Shown here: in pieces, positions 39,158 to 48,900 of the stretch
Layout of the letters: each line of letters starts with the position of its first letter
Numbering within the stretch: position 1 is the stretch's first letter
Assembly: GCA_028818775.1 (NCBI GenBank)
Contig: JAPPNE010000052.1
Span: 66,697 to 130,696 of the forward strand
From: Deltaproteobacteria bacterium
Lineage (GTDB): Bacteria > Desulfobacterota > Binatia > UBA9968 > JAJDTQ01
Direction of reading: 5' to 3'
DNA: 64,000 nt
Notes under the pieces: generated by a model
Databases searched by the model: none
Told to the model about the DNA's origin: nothing
Seen by the model: the letters and a program-made list of their open reading frames with translations, nothing else
Translations under genes and position numbers: made by a program

Positions 39158-40656
39158 GCCGTCTGCTGCCGCTCCTTGCGCCAGGACTCCGCCAGCTCGA
39201 TGGCCTTGAGCATGCCGCGGGCCTTGTTGAGGGTCTCCTCGTACTCCGTCTCGGGGTCGGAGTCGGCGACGATGCCGGCGCCGGCCTGGATCACCGCATT
39301 GCCGTTGTGAAGGGTGATGGTGCGGATGGCGATGCACGTGTCGAGGTTGCCGTTGAAGCTCAGGTACCCTACCGCGCCGGCGTAGAGCCCGCGCCGTTCC
39401 GGCTCCAGCTCACTGATGATCTGCATGGCCCGGATCTTCGGTGCGCCCGACACCGTGCCCGCCGGGAAGCAGGAGCCGAACAGCTCAAGCGGCGTCTTTC
39501 CCGGTGCCAGCTCCGCCTTGATGTTGGAGACGATGTGCATGACGTGGGAATAGCGCTCCACGACCATGAGCTGGTCCACGTCCACCGAGCCCACCTCGGC
39601 CACCCGCCCCACGTCGTTCCGCCCAAGGTCCACGAGCATGATGTGCTCGGCGCGCTCCTTCGGGTCCGCGAGAAGATCTTCCTCCAACTCCCGTTCCTCC
39701 CGCGCGTCCTTGCCCCGCGGGCGCGTGCCGGCGATGGGCCGGAGCTCGATCCGGCTTCCGGTCAGGCGCACCAGGATCTCGGGCGAGGAGCCGATGATCT
39801 TGAGGTCGTCCAGCTCCAGGTAGAACATGTAGGGAGACGGGTTGGTGAAGCGCAGCGCACGGTAGATCTCCAGGGGCTCGGCCCGAGTCTTCGCCTCCAG
39901 CCGCTGGGACAGCACCACCTGGATGACGTCGCCGGCCGCGATGTACTCTTTCCCCTGGCGCACCATGGCGCGGAACGTGTGCGGCGTGACGTTGGAACGG
40001 TACCGGACGCCGCCACCGGTCCCGGTTAGGCTTCTGGCCTCCAGGGCTTCGGGCGACTTCCGCAGGGAGGTTCGCACGCGCTCGATGCGGGCCACCGCTT
40101 CGCCGTAGAGGACGCGCAGGCTCTTGTTGGTGTCGATGTGGACGTTGTCGATGATCGTGATGGTGTGCTTGAGGTTGTCGAAGCTCACCAGCGTGCGCAC
40201 CAGCAGGAAATAGACGTCGGGATAGCGGTTGGCGCTCCGGTCCGGATTGGCCACCCCGTGCAGCCGTTCCACCGCGTCGTAGGCCACGTATCCCAGGGCG
40301 CCGCCGGTGAACGGCAGATCCGGAATCGTGTTGGCGGGCCGGTACTCTCCGAGAAGTTCCGTGAGCGCCTTCAGCGGATCATCGCAGGTCCATTTCTTCT
40401 TCCTTCGCCCCTCCGTCACCTCCACCTCGCGCCCCCAGGCCTTGAACACCAGCTCGGGCTCGGTGCCCAGGAACGAATAGCGCGCCCAGCGCTCGCTCCC
40501 TTCCACGCTTTCCAGCAGGAACGAGTGCCGGCTCTTCTTCAGGCGGTTGTAGAACGACACCGGCGTCTCGAAATCCATGAGGGTTTCCTCGTACACCGGA
40601 ACGACGTTTCCGCGCTTGGCGAGTGCCGCGAACTCGCGGTACGAAGGTTGGATCAT
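39154..40656 (-). CDS. trpE: Anthranilate synthase component I
   Basis: 500 aa with the chorismate-binding domain (…LVDLGRNDVGRV…GAPKIRAMQIISELE…YAGAVGY). Confidence 0.85.
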   Translation of the reverse strand: MIQPSYREFAALAKRGNVVPVYEETLMDFETPVSFYNRLKKSRHSFLLESVEGSERWARYSFLGTEPELVFKAWGREVEVTEGRRKKKWTCDDPLKALTELLGEYRPANTIPDLPFTGGALGYVAYDAVERLHGVANPDRSANRYPDVYFLLVRTLVSFDNLKHTITIIDNVHIDTNKSLRVLYGEAVARIERVRTSLRKSPEALEARSLTGTGGGVRYRSNVTPHTFRAMVRQGKEYIAAGDVIQVVLSQRLEAKTRAEPLEIYRALRFTNPSPYMFYLELDDLKIIGSSPEILVRLTGSRIELRPIAGTRPRGKDAREERELEEDLLADPKERAEHIMLVDLGRNDVGRVAEVGSVDVDQLMVVERYSHVMHIVSNIKAELAPGKTPLELFGSCFPAGTVSGAPKIRAMQIISELEPERRGLYAGAVGYLSFNGNLDTCIAIRTITLHNGNAVIQAGAGIVADSDPETEYEETLNKARGMLKAIELAESWRKERQQTA

Positions 40657-40768
40657 GACTGGATATAGAGGGTGTTGGGGAGGCTCCGAGGGTGTTTTCG
40701 ACTCCAGCCGCCTAACTTAGCCGAAACCAGCGCACAGCGCTAATGTACCGGCAACCAGGGCGGCCGAA

Positions 40769-41257
40769 TTGACAGGTCTGTCGCCGATGATCATGCGAAT
40801 CAGCAACTCAGTTGTGGGTCATGTGCGGCGGCTGTGGCCGGTCTGGGTGCTGCTGCTTTGTCTGCAAGCCGCGTGCGAGCGCGTCCCCTCGGTCAGTTTC
40901 GAAGGCGCGGGCGGAGTCAAGGCAACCTTCAGCGTGGAGGTGGCCGATACTCCGGAGAAACGGCGCTGGGGCTTGATGTACCGGCAGGAGTTGGGGGACG
41001 ACGAGGGCATGCTGTTCGTCTTCCCCGAGGAAAGGGACCATTCCTTCTGGATGAAGAATACGCCCCTGTCCCTGGACATGATCTTCATGGACGGGCGCCG
41101 GCGGGTGGTGGGGATCATCCACGACACCGTGCCGTTCTCCACCCGTTCCGTCAGCGTCGGGGTTGCAAGCCGTTACGTGCTGGAGGTTCGCGCCGGCGTG
41201 GCGCGTCGCAACCAGATCGCGGTGGGCGACGTGGGCCGCTTCGAGCGGCTGCCGTAG
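40769..41257 (+). CDS. DUF192-domain protein (COG1430)
   Basis: An N-terminal hydrophobic segment is followed by the DUF192 pattern (WGLMYRQELGDDEGMLFVFPEE…FWMKNTPLSLDMIFMD). Confidence 0.55.
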   Translation: MTGLSPMIMRISNSVVGHVRRLWPVWVLLLCLQAACERVPSVSFEGAGGVKATFSVEVADTPEKRRWGLMYRQELGDDEGMLFVFPEERDHSFWMKNTPLSLDMIFMDGRRRVVGIIHDTVPFSTRSVSVGVASRYVLEVRAGVARRNQIAVGDVGRFERLP

Positions 41258-41300
41258 ACAGCGGCCGTGGCGGGGACGGGGCGGCGATGGCCGGCCCGGG

Positions 41301-42368
41301 TCAGATCTCCCGGAAGAAGTACGGCCGGATGGGCTGGAGCCGCTCCTCGTAGGTGTCCGGATTCAGCAGCCACAGGGTGGCGGCGATGCTGCTCAGGAGC
41401 GAGTTCCCGTCCTGGGAGGTGAAGCACATGCCCACCACCTCGCGCTCCCCGCGCAGGGCGATGCTCTGGGTGACGATGGCCGTGTGGTTCAGGATGCGCC
41501 CGAACAGCCCGTGGTCCCGCCCGAAGGAGAACACCGACGCCGAGGACTTCTTGTTGGTGACGGCGATGCGGCGGTTGGAGCGGATGCGCTGCATGATCTG
41601 CTCCATGTCGATGGCCCGCTTCAGTATCAGGTTGAAGTGGATGGTGTGCATGTACTGGGTGTTGATCTTGAGCGCGGACGAGTAGATGTCGAGGTCGAAT
41701 CCCATCGACTTGAAGAGGTAGTAGGCGTCGCGCCCCTGGTGGGTGCCGAACCTTTCGTCGTCATGGCGCCCCACCTCCGGGGCGGGGATGAAGTCCCCCT
41801 CCTGGCTGATGTCGTTGGCCCGGCGCATGCACACGAACCGTCCCGCCTCCAGGTTGTCTTCCTTCTCCGGCCCCAGGGCCAGGGTGTCGATGAGCACCGC
41901 GAGGTTGTGGGTGTTGCAGCTCACCACCTGGACGAAGCGGTCCTCCTCCCGGTCGAGGGCGGCGTCGTTGATGCCGCGGGCGTACATCTTCCCGAACCCG
42001 AACTCGCTGCCCTGGGCGATGAACCCCTTGCCGTTCTTGCCGGCGTAGTGCTGATAGTACTTTTCCTTGTTCTGGTTCCCCACGGGCGTGCAATCGATGA
42101 CCACCGAGGCCCGCTCGATGGCGGCTTCGGAGTCGAACGACGGTTTCATTTCGAGCTTGGCGAACTCGTCCCAGTGGTCCTTGTCCACGCTCAGCCTGGC
42201 GCCCTTGCCCTGGAGCGCCGTGATCTTGGAGCGGTCGGTGACCCGCGGGGTCTGCTTGTTGAACGTCACCTCGTCGATACCGAAGGCTTCCCTGAAGCTC
42301 GCCAGGATACCGATGAGCGGCTCGCCTATGGTCCCCGTGCCGACAACGTGAACGATTTTCTGGTCCAT
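41301..42368 (-). CDS. Type II (archaeal-type) glyceraldehyde-3-phosphate dehydrogenase-like oxidoreductase
   Basis: From ATG 42368: Rossmann N-terminus KIVHVVGTGTIGEPL, VIDCTPVG, and the catalytic-Cys motif VVSCNTHNL parallel archaeal GAPDH (VIDCTPEG…VVSCNTTGL). Confidence 0.5.
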   Translation of the reverse strand: MDQKIVHVVGTGTIGEPLIGILASFREAFGIDEVTFNKQTPRVTDRSKITALQGKGARLSVDKDHWDEFAKLEMKPSFDSEAAIERASVVIDCTPVGNQNKEKYYQHYAGKNGKGFIAQGSEFGFGKMYARGINDAALDREEDRFVQVVSCNTHNLAVLIDTLALGPEKEDNLEAGRFVCMRRANDISQEGDFIPAPEVGRHDDERFGTHQGRDAYYLFKSMGFDLDIYSSALKINTQYMHTIHFNLILKRAIDMEQIMQRIRSNRRIAVTNKKSSASVFSFGRDHGLFGRILNHTAIVTQSIALRGEREVVGMCFTSQDGNSLLSSIAATLWLLNPDTYEERLQPIRPYFFREI

Positions 42369-42524
42369 CGGATCGACTCCTCGCAACCGTGTCCGGCCGC
42401 TCCCCGCATCCTTTCATGTTGTGCGTGTTGCCGTTACACTGTTCTTGTGCCGGCCGCGGAGGGGAGCGACGGCACCGGATCTCATAGCATACAGGCAAGT
42501 CCGATATAAGGAAAGGGAACGGTC

Positions 42525-44012
42525 TTGGACAAGAGCCAAGGGAGTCCGCCCGCGTTCTCGCCGGCGGCGTTCTTCGACGAGCGGTTCGGCGTGACGGCGC
42601 GGGACCTGGACCGGGTGCTGGGACGGGCCATGGCCCGGCAGGCGGACTACGCCGACCTCTATTTCGAGTACCGCACCCACGACCAGGTCCACCTGGAAGA
42701 GGGACTGGTCAAGCATGCGTCGGTATCCACCGCCAACGGCGTCGGCGCGCGCGTGCTCGCCGAGGCCAGGACCGGATACGCGTTCACCGACGACGTGACC
42801 ATCAAGAACCTGGACACGGCGGTGCGGACGGCCAACGTCATCGCCAACGACCGGGGTTCCGACCGCCCGGCGCGGGTTCCCGCGCCCGCCGCCCCGCGCC
42901 ACGACCTCTATCCCGTGCCCCACTCCTTCTCCGGCGTCCCCCTGGAGCGCAAGATCGCCGTCCTGCAGGACCTGGACCGGTTCGCGCGCAAGGCCGATGC
43001 ACGCGTCAAGGGCGTTTTCGCCACCCTGTCGCTGGAGAACAAGGTGGTGCTCGTCGCGTCGTCGCAGGGCTGGGTGCTGGGAGACTTCCAGCCGCTGGTG
43101 CGCTGCAACGTCCGCTGCATCGTGGAGGACAAGGGCAACCGCCAGGCCGGCTACTTCGGCTGGGGCGGGCGCATGGCGCTGGACGACTGCGTCGACGCGG
43201 AGCGCTGCGAAGCAAGCGCCCGGGAGGCCGTGCGCCGGGCGTTGGTGAACCTCGACGCGGTGGCCGCGCCCGCGGGCCCCATGGATGTCGTGCTGGGTCC
43301 GGGCTGGCCCGGCATCCTGCTGCACGAGGCCATCGGGCACGGTCTCGAGGCGGACTTCAACCGGCGCAAGACCTCGGCCTTCTCCGGGCGCATCGGCGAG
43401 CGCGTGGCCACCGAGCTGTGCACGGTGGTGGACGACGGCACCATCCCTTGGCGGCGCGGTTCCCTCAACGTGGACGACGAGGGCACGCCCACCCGGCGCA
43501 CGATGCTGATCGAGAAGGGCATCCTGCGCGGGTACATGCACGACCGCCTGAACGCCGCCCTGCTGGGCATGGAGCTCACCGGCAACGGCCGGCGCGAGAG
43601 CTACGCCCACGTCCCCATGCCGCGCATGACCAACACCTTCATGCTGGCGGGGGAGGAGGACCCCGAGGACATCATTCGCTCGGTCAAGGACGGCATCTAC
43701 GCGGTCTCCTTCGGCGGCGGACAGGTGGACATCACCAGCGGCAAGTTCGTCTTCTCCGCCAACGAGGCGTACCGCATCGAAGGCGGCAAGGTGACCCACC
43801 CGGTGCGCGACGCCACCCTCATCGGCAACGGGCCGGACGTGCTCACGCGGGTCAGCCGGGTGGGAGCGGACCTGGCGCTGGACGACGGCATCGGCACCTG
43901 CGGCAAGGACGGCCAGGGCGTGCCCGTGGGCGTGGGCCTGCCCACCATCCGGGTGGACCAGCTCGTGGTGGGCGGCACGTCGGTGCGCGGGCCGAGCGGC
44001 TTTCAAGGCTGA
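42525..44012 (+). CDS. tldD: Metalloprotease TldD
   Basis: 495 aa with the HEAIGHGLE zinc motif and a PmbA/TldD-family C-terminus (GICGKDGQGVPV-type GTCGKDGQGVPVG). Confidence 0.85.
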   Translation: MDKSQGSPPAFSPAAFFDERFGVTARDLDRVLGRAMARQADYADLYFEYRTHDQVHLEEGLVKHASVSTANGVGARVLAEARTGYAFTDDVTIKNLDTAVRTANVIANDRGSDRPARVPAPAAPRHDLYPVPHSFSGVPLERKIAVLQDLDRFARKADARVKGVFATLSLENKVVLVASSQGWVLGDFQPLVRCNVRCIVEDKGNRQAGYFGWGGRMALDDCVDAERCEASAREAVRRALVNLDAVAAPAGPMDVVLGPGWPGILLHEAIGHGLEADFNRRKTSAFSGRIGERVATELCTVVDDGTIPWRRGSLNVDDEGTPTRRTMLIEKGILRGYMHDRLNAALLGMELTGNGRRESYAHVPMPRMTNTFMLAGEEDPEDIIRSVKDGIYAVSFGGGQVDITSGKFVFSANEAYRIEGGKVTHPVRDATLIGNGPDVLTRVSRVGADLALDDGIGTCGKDGQGVPVGVGLPTIRVDQLVVGGTSVRGPSGFQG

Positions 44013-44020
44013 GGACGGAC

Positions 44021-45376
44021 ATGGAGCGTTTGCCGATGGATCGGGAGCTGGCGCTGGGGCTGCTGGCGCGGGCGAAGGACAAGGGCGCCTCCCAGGGCGA
44101 CGTGACGCTGATCGAGCGAGAGGGCGTGCAGGTGAAGGTGCGGCTCGGCGAGGTGGAGACCGTGAGCCAGGCGCACGAGATGCGCCTCGGGCTGCGCCTC
44201 TTCTTCGGTCAGAGCGCCGCCGCCACCTCCACCTCCGACCTGTCGCGCGCCTCGCTGGACCGCCTGGTTGACGAGACCTGCGCCATGGCCCGGGCCACGG
44301 CACGGGACGAATTCGGCGGCCTGCCGGAAGCCGGCGAGATGGCCGCCGAGGTGCCGGACCTGGACCTGCTGGACCAGGAGTCCCAGGGGCTCCCCATCGA
44401 GGACGGCATCGATGCCGCTCGCACGGCGGAGGAGCACGCGCTGCAATACGACCCGCGGGTGACCAACTCCGAGGGCGCCGAGTTTGCAAGTTCGTTCAAC
44501 CGCGTCATCCACGCCAATTCACAGGGCTTTGCCGGCGAGTACGCCACGTCCGGCTTTCATCTCTCCCTGGCCCCGGTGGCGACGTCCAACGGCTCCATGG
44601 AGCGGGACCACTGGTACACGGCCGCGCGCCGCCGCGACGCGCTGGATTCTCCGGAGGAGGTAGGCCGGGAGGCCGGCCGCCGCGTGGTCCGGCGGCTGGG
44701 CGCCCGCAAGGTGCGCAGCCGCGAGGTGCCGGTGGTCTTCGACGCGTCCATCGCCGGCACCCTGGTGCGGCACGTGGCCCAGGCAATTTCCGGCTACGTC
44801 CTCTATCAGCGCGCTTCCTTCCTGTGCGACCGGCTCGGGGAGCGCGTGGCGTCCGACCTCGTCCACATCGTCGACGACGGCACGATTCCGCGGGCCCTGG
44901 GGTCGCGCCCGTTCGACGCCGAGGGCGTCGGCGTCCAGCGCAAGGACGTGGTCGAGGCCGGCGTCCTGCGAAGCTACCTCCTGGACGCCTACAGCGCGCG
45001 CAAGCTCGGCGGCAAATCCACCGGCAACGCCGCGCGGGGCGTGGGGCAACCCTCGGCGGTTTCCCCCATGAACCTCCACCTCATCCCCGGCGAACACGGC
45101 CCCGAGGACATCATCGCCTCGGTGGAGGACGGCTTCTACGTCACCGAGCTCATGGGCTTCGGTTTCAACGCCGTCACCGGCAACTACTCCAGGGGCGCCG
45201 CCGGCATCTGGATCGAGAACGGCGAGCTCGCCTACCCCGTCTCAGAACTCACCATCGCCGGCAACCTCAACGACATGCTGAGCCGGATCGAGATGGTCGG
45301 CAACGACCTCCGCCCGCAGAGTCCGGTGGCCGCGCCCACGGTGAAGGTCGGGCGCATGACCGTGGCGGGGGAGTAG
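44021..45376 (+). CDS. pmbA: Metalloprotease PmbA/TldE
   Basis: From ATG 44021, 9 nt after the tldD stop. PmbA-family pattern, 451 aa, with no HExxH (the TldD partner). Confidence 0.8.
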   Translation: MERLPMDRELALGLLARAKDKGASQGDVTLIEREGVQVKVRLGEVETVSQAHEMRLGLRLFFGQSAAATSTSDLSRASLDRLVDETCAMARATARDEFGGLPEAGEMAAEVPDLDLLDQESQGLPIEDGIDAARTAEEHALQYDPRVTNSEGAEFASSFNRVIHANSQGFAGEYATSGFHLSLAPVATSNGSMERDHWYTAARRRDALDSPEEVGREAGRRVVRRLGARKVRSREVPVVFDASIAGTLVRHVAQAISGYVLYQRASFLCDRLGERVASDLVHIVDDGTIPRALGSRPFDAEGVGVQRKDVVEAGVLRSYLLDAYSARKLGGKSTGNAARGVGQPSAVSPMNLHLIPGEHGPEDIIASVEDGFYVTELMGFGFNAVTGNYSRGAAGIWIENGELAYPVSELTIAGNLNDMLSRIEMVGNDLRPQSPVAAPTVKVGRMTVAGE

Positions 45377-45523
45377 GTTCCAGCCAATCCAGCAATCCGC
45401 AATCTGCGGTCCACTTCAAGGGGTTTCGGGTGCTGCCGTGGTTTCTGCGGTGACGGCGCTGCTTGCGATTCCACGTTCCCAAGGATTCGGGTGCCTGTCA
45501 CCGGCGGCAACGGCTGGGGCGGG

Positions 45524-45811
45524 TCAGGTGATGTATCCCCATTTGCGGAAGGTGTCCTGGAGCGCTGGATCGCTCCGAAAAGCCTGGTAGTAGATGTATT
45601 CCGGCGCCAGGTCCGTCCCGTTGGGCCAGACGATAGTCTGAAGTTCTTCGTCCACACGAAACTGCCGGAATACCTCCGGATCCTTCAGCAACTCGAACAC
45701 CGGCCCGGTCAGCGCTTCCGCAAGATCCGCCACGCCTTCGCGGCCGTCATCGAAGCACACCTGCACGCGAAAGCCGTCGAGCGGCGTCGCCTTTGTCACG
45801 TGAAGAAACAT
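45524..45811 (-). CDS. DUF2442-domain protein
   Basis: MFLHVTKATPLDGFRVQVCFDDGREGVADL…VDEELQTIVWPNGTDLAPEYIY matches the DUF2442 pattern. Length is 95 aa. Confidence 0.6.
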   Translation of the reverse strand: MFLHVTKATPLDGFRVQVCFDDGREGVADLAEALTGPVFELLKDPEVFRQFRVDEELQTIVWPNGTDLAPEYIYYQAFRSDPALQDTFRKWGYIT

Positions 45812-45933
45812 GAGTCATTCCAGTGGGTCGATGGGATTCGGAGTTTCTTTTCTACGACACCTTTCCCAGTTATCCGATGGTCGTCCCAATACATGGCGAT
45901 GACAATTCCAAGGAATCTGCTGATAACCGGCAT
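45796..45933 (-). pseudogene. DUF4160-like short ORF (N-terminus conserved, C-terminal half divergent or truncated)
   Basis: Hand translation gives MPVISRFLGIVIAMYWDDH…, which matches the DUF4160 N-terminus (MPtISrFyGIvIrMY..DH). The expected PPHFH core is absent. This 45-aa ORF is not in the supplied track. It overlaps the DUF2442 start by 16 nt. Confidence 0.4.
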
Positions 45934-45954
45934 GTCGTCTCCCACCCCCTGCCG

Positions 45955-48900
45955 TCATGCCTGCTCGTTACGTCGAGCAGCCGTAGATAGCCTTCGGAAC
46001 GCTGGGCAATCAGCCAAGCCGGGCGCTAATGTCTTGACCCGGTCAAGAGCGTTGCTCAAGTCGTATGGCACGATCGCGTCCTGCTCTTCTCCAATGGTCA
46101 AATCCAGCAACGTAAGGAGTGCGGCGGCCTTTCGTTCATCGTTGACCGCCAACTGTAGCTTCGAGACGGCTTCACTTCCAGTTCCAACCTCGCCATAGAG
46201 CCCATACTCTAGTGTTGACCAGCAATCAAAGGGGACAAGGAAACGCTTCATCTCATCAACGGCTTCGGCAAAAGCCTCGCCCGAGGCGGCGGGGATATGG
46301 GACAACTCTCGGCTTGTGTCGCGTGTCGTCAAGTCGCTTTCTTGTGGCCACACGCTCCGAAAGAACGGCTTGACGGCTACATGAAACAGCTTTTCAACGG
46401 ATCGTATTTCTCCTTCTTGCGGTGGCCCTTCTTCCTGGAAGTACCGGATAGCGCAGGCTGCAAACAGACGCGTTTCGTCGTCTGCTGATCGGAGCATTTG
46501 TGACACGCGGGGTTCGGCCACCAAGGGCCTACGTTCGTCTCGGAACGCCGTCAACACTTCGATGACAAGGCAAGAAACAAGCGATTCCCGGGCTTCTCGA
46601 CCGAGGCGATGGTCAGTTGCCCTTTCAATCACCTTGTCACCGATGATTTCAAGTAGAGGCTTGCCGCTTCGACGTGCGGCCTTGCGCCAAAGTGCAATGG
46701 ATTGGAAGTCATCCGCCAACAACGGGTCCACCAGATATTGTTTCGTCCAGTCAGGGTCTGCGTTCTGGAAGAATGGCAAACGTTCCGCTAGTCGGCAGTG
46801 TGCCACTAGGCCGCTATGGTCGGAGGCGCTGATGATTCGATCTCGCATCTGCCGCGCAGGGCTGCCGTCGGAGAAGGGGCGGGCATCTTTGCCGACGGCT
46901 TGGCAGGCGGCCAGGAAGACTTCAATGAATTGTCCCGCTGGTGTGTTGAGAGTGTCGATATCCAGGGACTCTTGCTGGTCACCCGAAGAGTTGGTCAGGA
47001 TATGGTCCCGGTCGTTAGCGACGGCATTGGTCCTTTCGACTGCAATAGGCCAAGCTTGCAGCCAGACGGGCAAGCCGTGTTCTGATCGGATGACATATCG
47101 ACTCCAACTGAAGAGCCAGTGGCTGATACCCCAGATGGCTTCCGTAAGGTTCGTCTCCGACAGGTTCCTCAGCAGATACAGGATACGGTTTGCCTCATCT
47201 TGTGGCTGGGGTGGTGGTTCAAGACTCGGCGTCGGGGGAGATGGCGAATGAAGCGAAAGGAAACAATCCCAAAGGCGCGGAAACTCCTCCCCGGCCCTAG
47301 TGAATGATTCCAAGTCCGAGAGAAGGAGCACGGCACTACCGGCCCGTTGGAGCCAAGCTTTGGCGGAGTTGTCGATCCAATGAACTCCATCGTGTGACAG
47401 TTCCTCGTTCAGTGCCCGAAGGCGGGCCTCTCCTTCAAGCAGGTCATATGGAGTGTCGGCCGAGAGCCGCGGAACGGGATGCGCCTGTGCATCGAAAAAC
47501 CCGCCATCCACGCGCATGTCTTCGAGTTGGGGAAGTTCCTTGATTCGTTTGAGCAACCATCGGCGGGTTTTTGGCGCTATGATGCCGCCGGCGACTTCCA
47601 CTCGTTTGACTTCACGTGCGGCACAGTACCGTCTGCGAGTTTTGAGTTTGTGCGGCGGACCCTTGCACAAACGCTGGACAATCGTTTCCTGAACGTCCCG
47701 CCGAAGTTCCTTAACGCGTCTTGCCCTCAGTTCGGTGATCTCGGGGAATTCATCCAGACCCCAAAGCTCGTAGTCAGATAGTGTCACCAGGAAGTCACCG
47801 ACATCGTCAGCGCTTACCAACTGTGGATCCCGGGCGATTGCGGCCCATAGGCGCCGGTGGACGCCAGACCGCGACAACTGCCAGCCTGGGAAGAAGGGCG
47901 TGGCGGCCTGCTGATCGAGTTCGGAAATGCGGATGACAATTTCGTGAAGCAACTTGACCGACGGCGCGATTCCATCATTAAAGAGATCGGGCTCACCGCC
48001 CTCATGGCCGAATGCTTCTTCGACGTCTCTACCCTTCCCGTGGGGACGAACGAAATACACACGGTGAGGACTTTCCCAAGGCACCTCACGGCCTTCATCA
48101 GTCTTGTAGATCCGATTGATGACGTTGAGCCCGTATTGGACTGAAGATGCCAGCCCGTCTGCCAGTTCCTTCAGGAATTGTATTTCTGAAACCGTGCCTA
48201 TGTGGAGGTCGCCGTAGTCGTTCAGATTACCCAGGTTGACGCTCGTCAGGTTCGCCGACAGAAGGTCTTCAAAGATCTTTGGGTGTCGAGGCCTTTCCTC
48301 AATCGCTTTGACCTCCAGACGAGGCGCGAACAGATCCACAATCGCTGAAATCAGGGCGCCGGAACGCTCGCCTTTGCCGAGTCGATCACGGATCGTTACA
48401 AATGCCATCGCCGGATGGTCCCTGATCGGGCGATTAGACCAGCTTTCCTCGATCAAGCGCCATGCAGTCGCATAGGGTTCCTTCAACTCAGGACTGCCGT
48501 AATCGTTCAGTAGCTCGTCTATTGCGATCCGTTTGGTACTCCAGTTGGATTCTTTGAGCGCCCAATCGATCGTGGCTGGCTCAGCAAGCCGGTTCTTCAG
48601 AAACGTGGTCATGACTTGGGCGTGATGGCGGTCGGTCTCGCTCAACCCCGCCCATGAATGAATGGCGGTGGCTGGTCCGAACTTTTTTCCGGGCGTGGTC
48701 TCAATGATGGAATCCAGCCATCCGGGCTCGGCCTTCGCACCCGACGCCACACCTGCCAAGCGAATGCGTTCATTCGCATGCCCTCGCCTGAACAGGTGGT
48801 CGAACAGGTCACGATCAGCCTTGGGGGTGGCGGCTCTGCTCTCCCGTACGATCCGTCTTACCTCAACATCGACGGTTTTCGTCTTTCCGTTGATTGCGGA

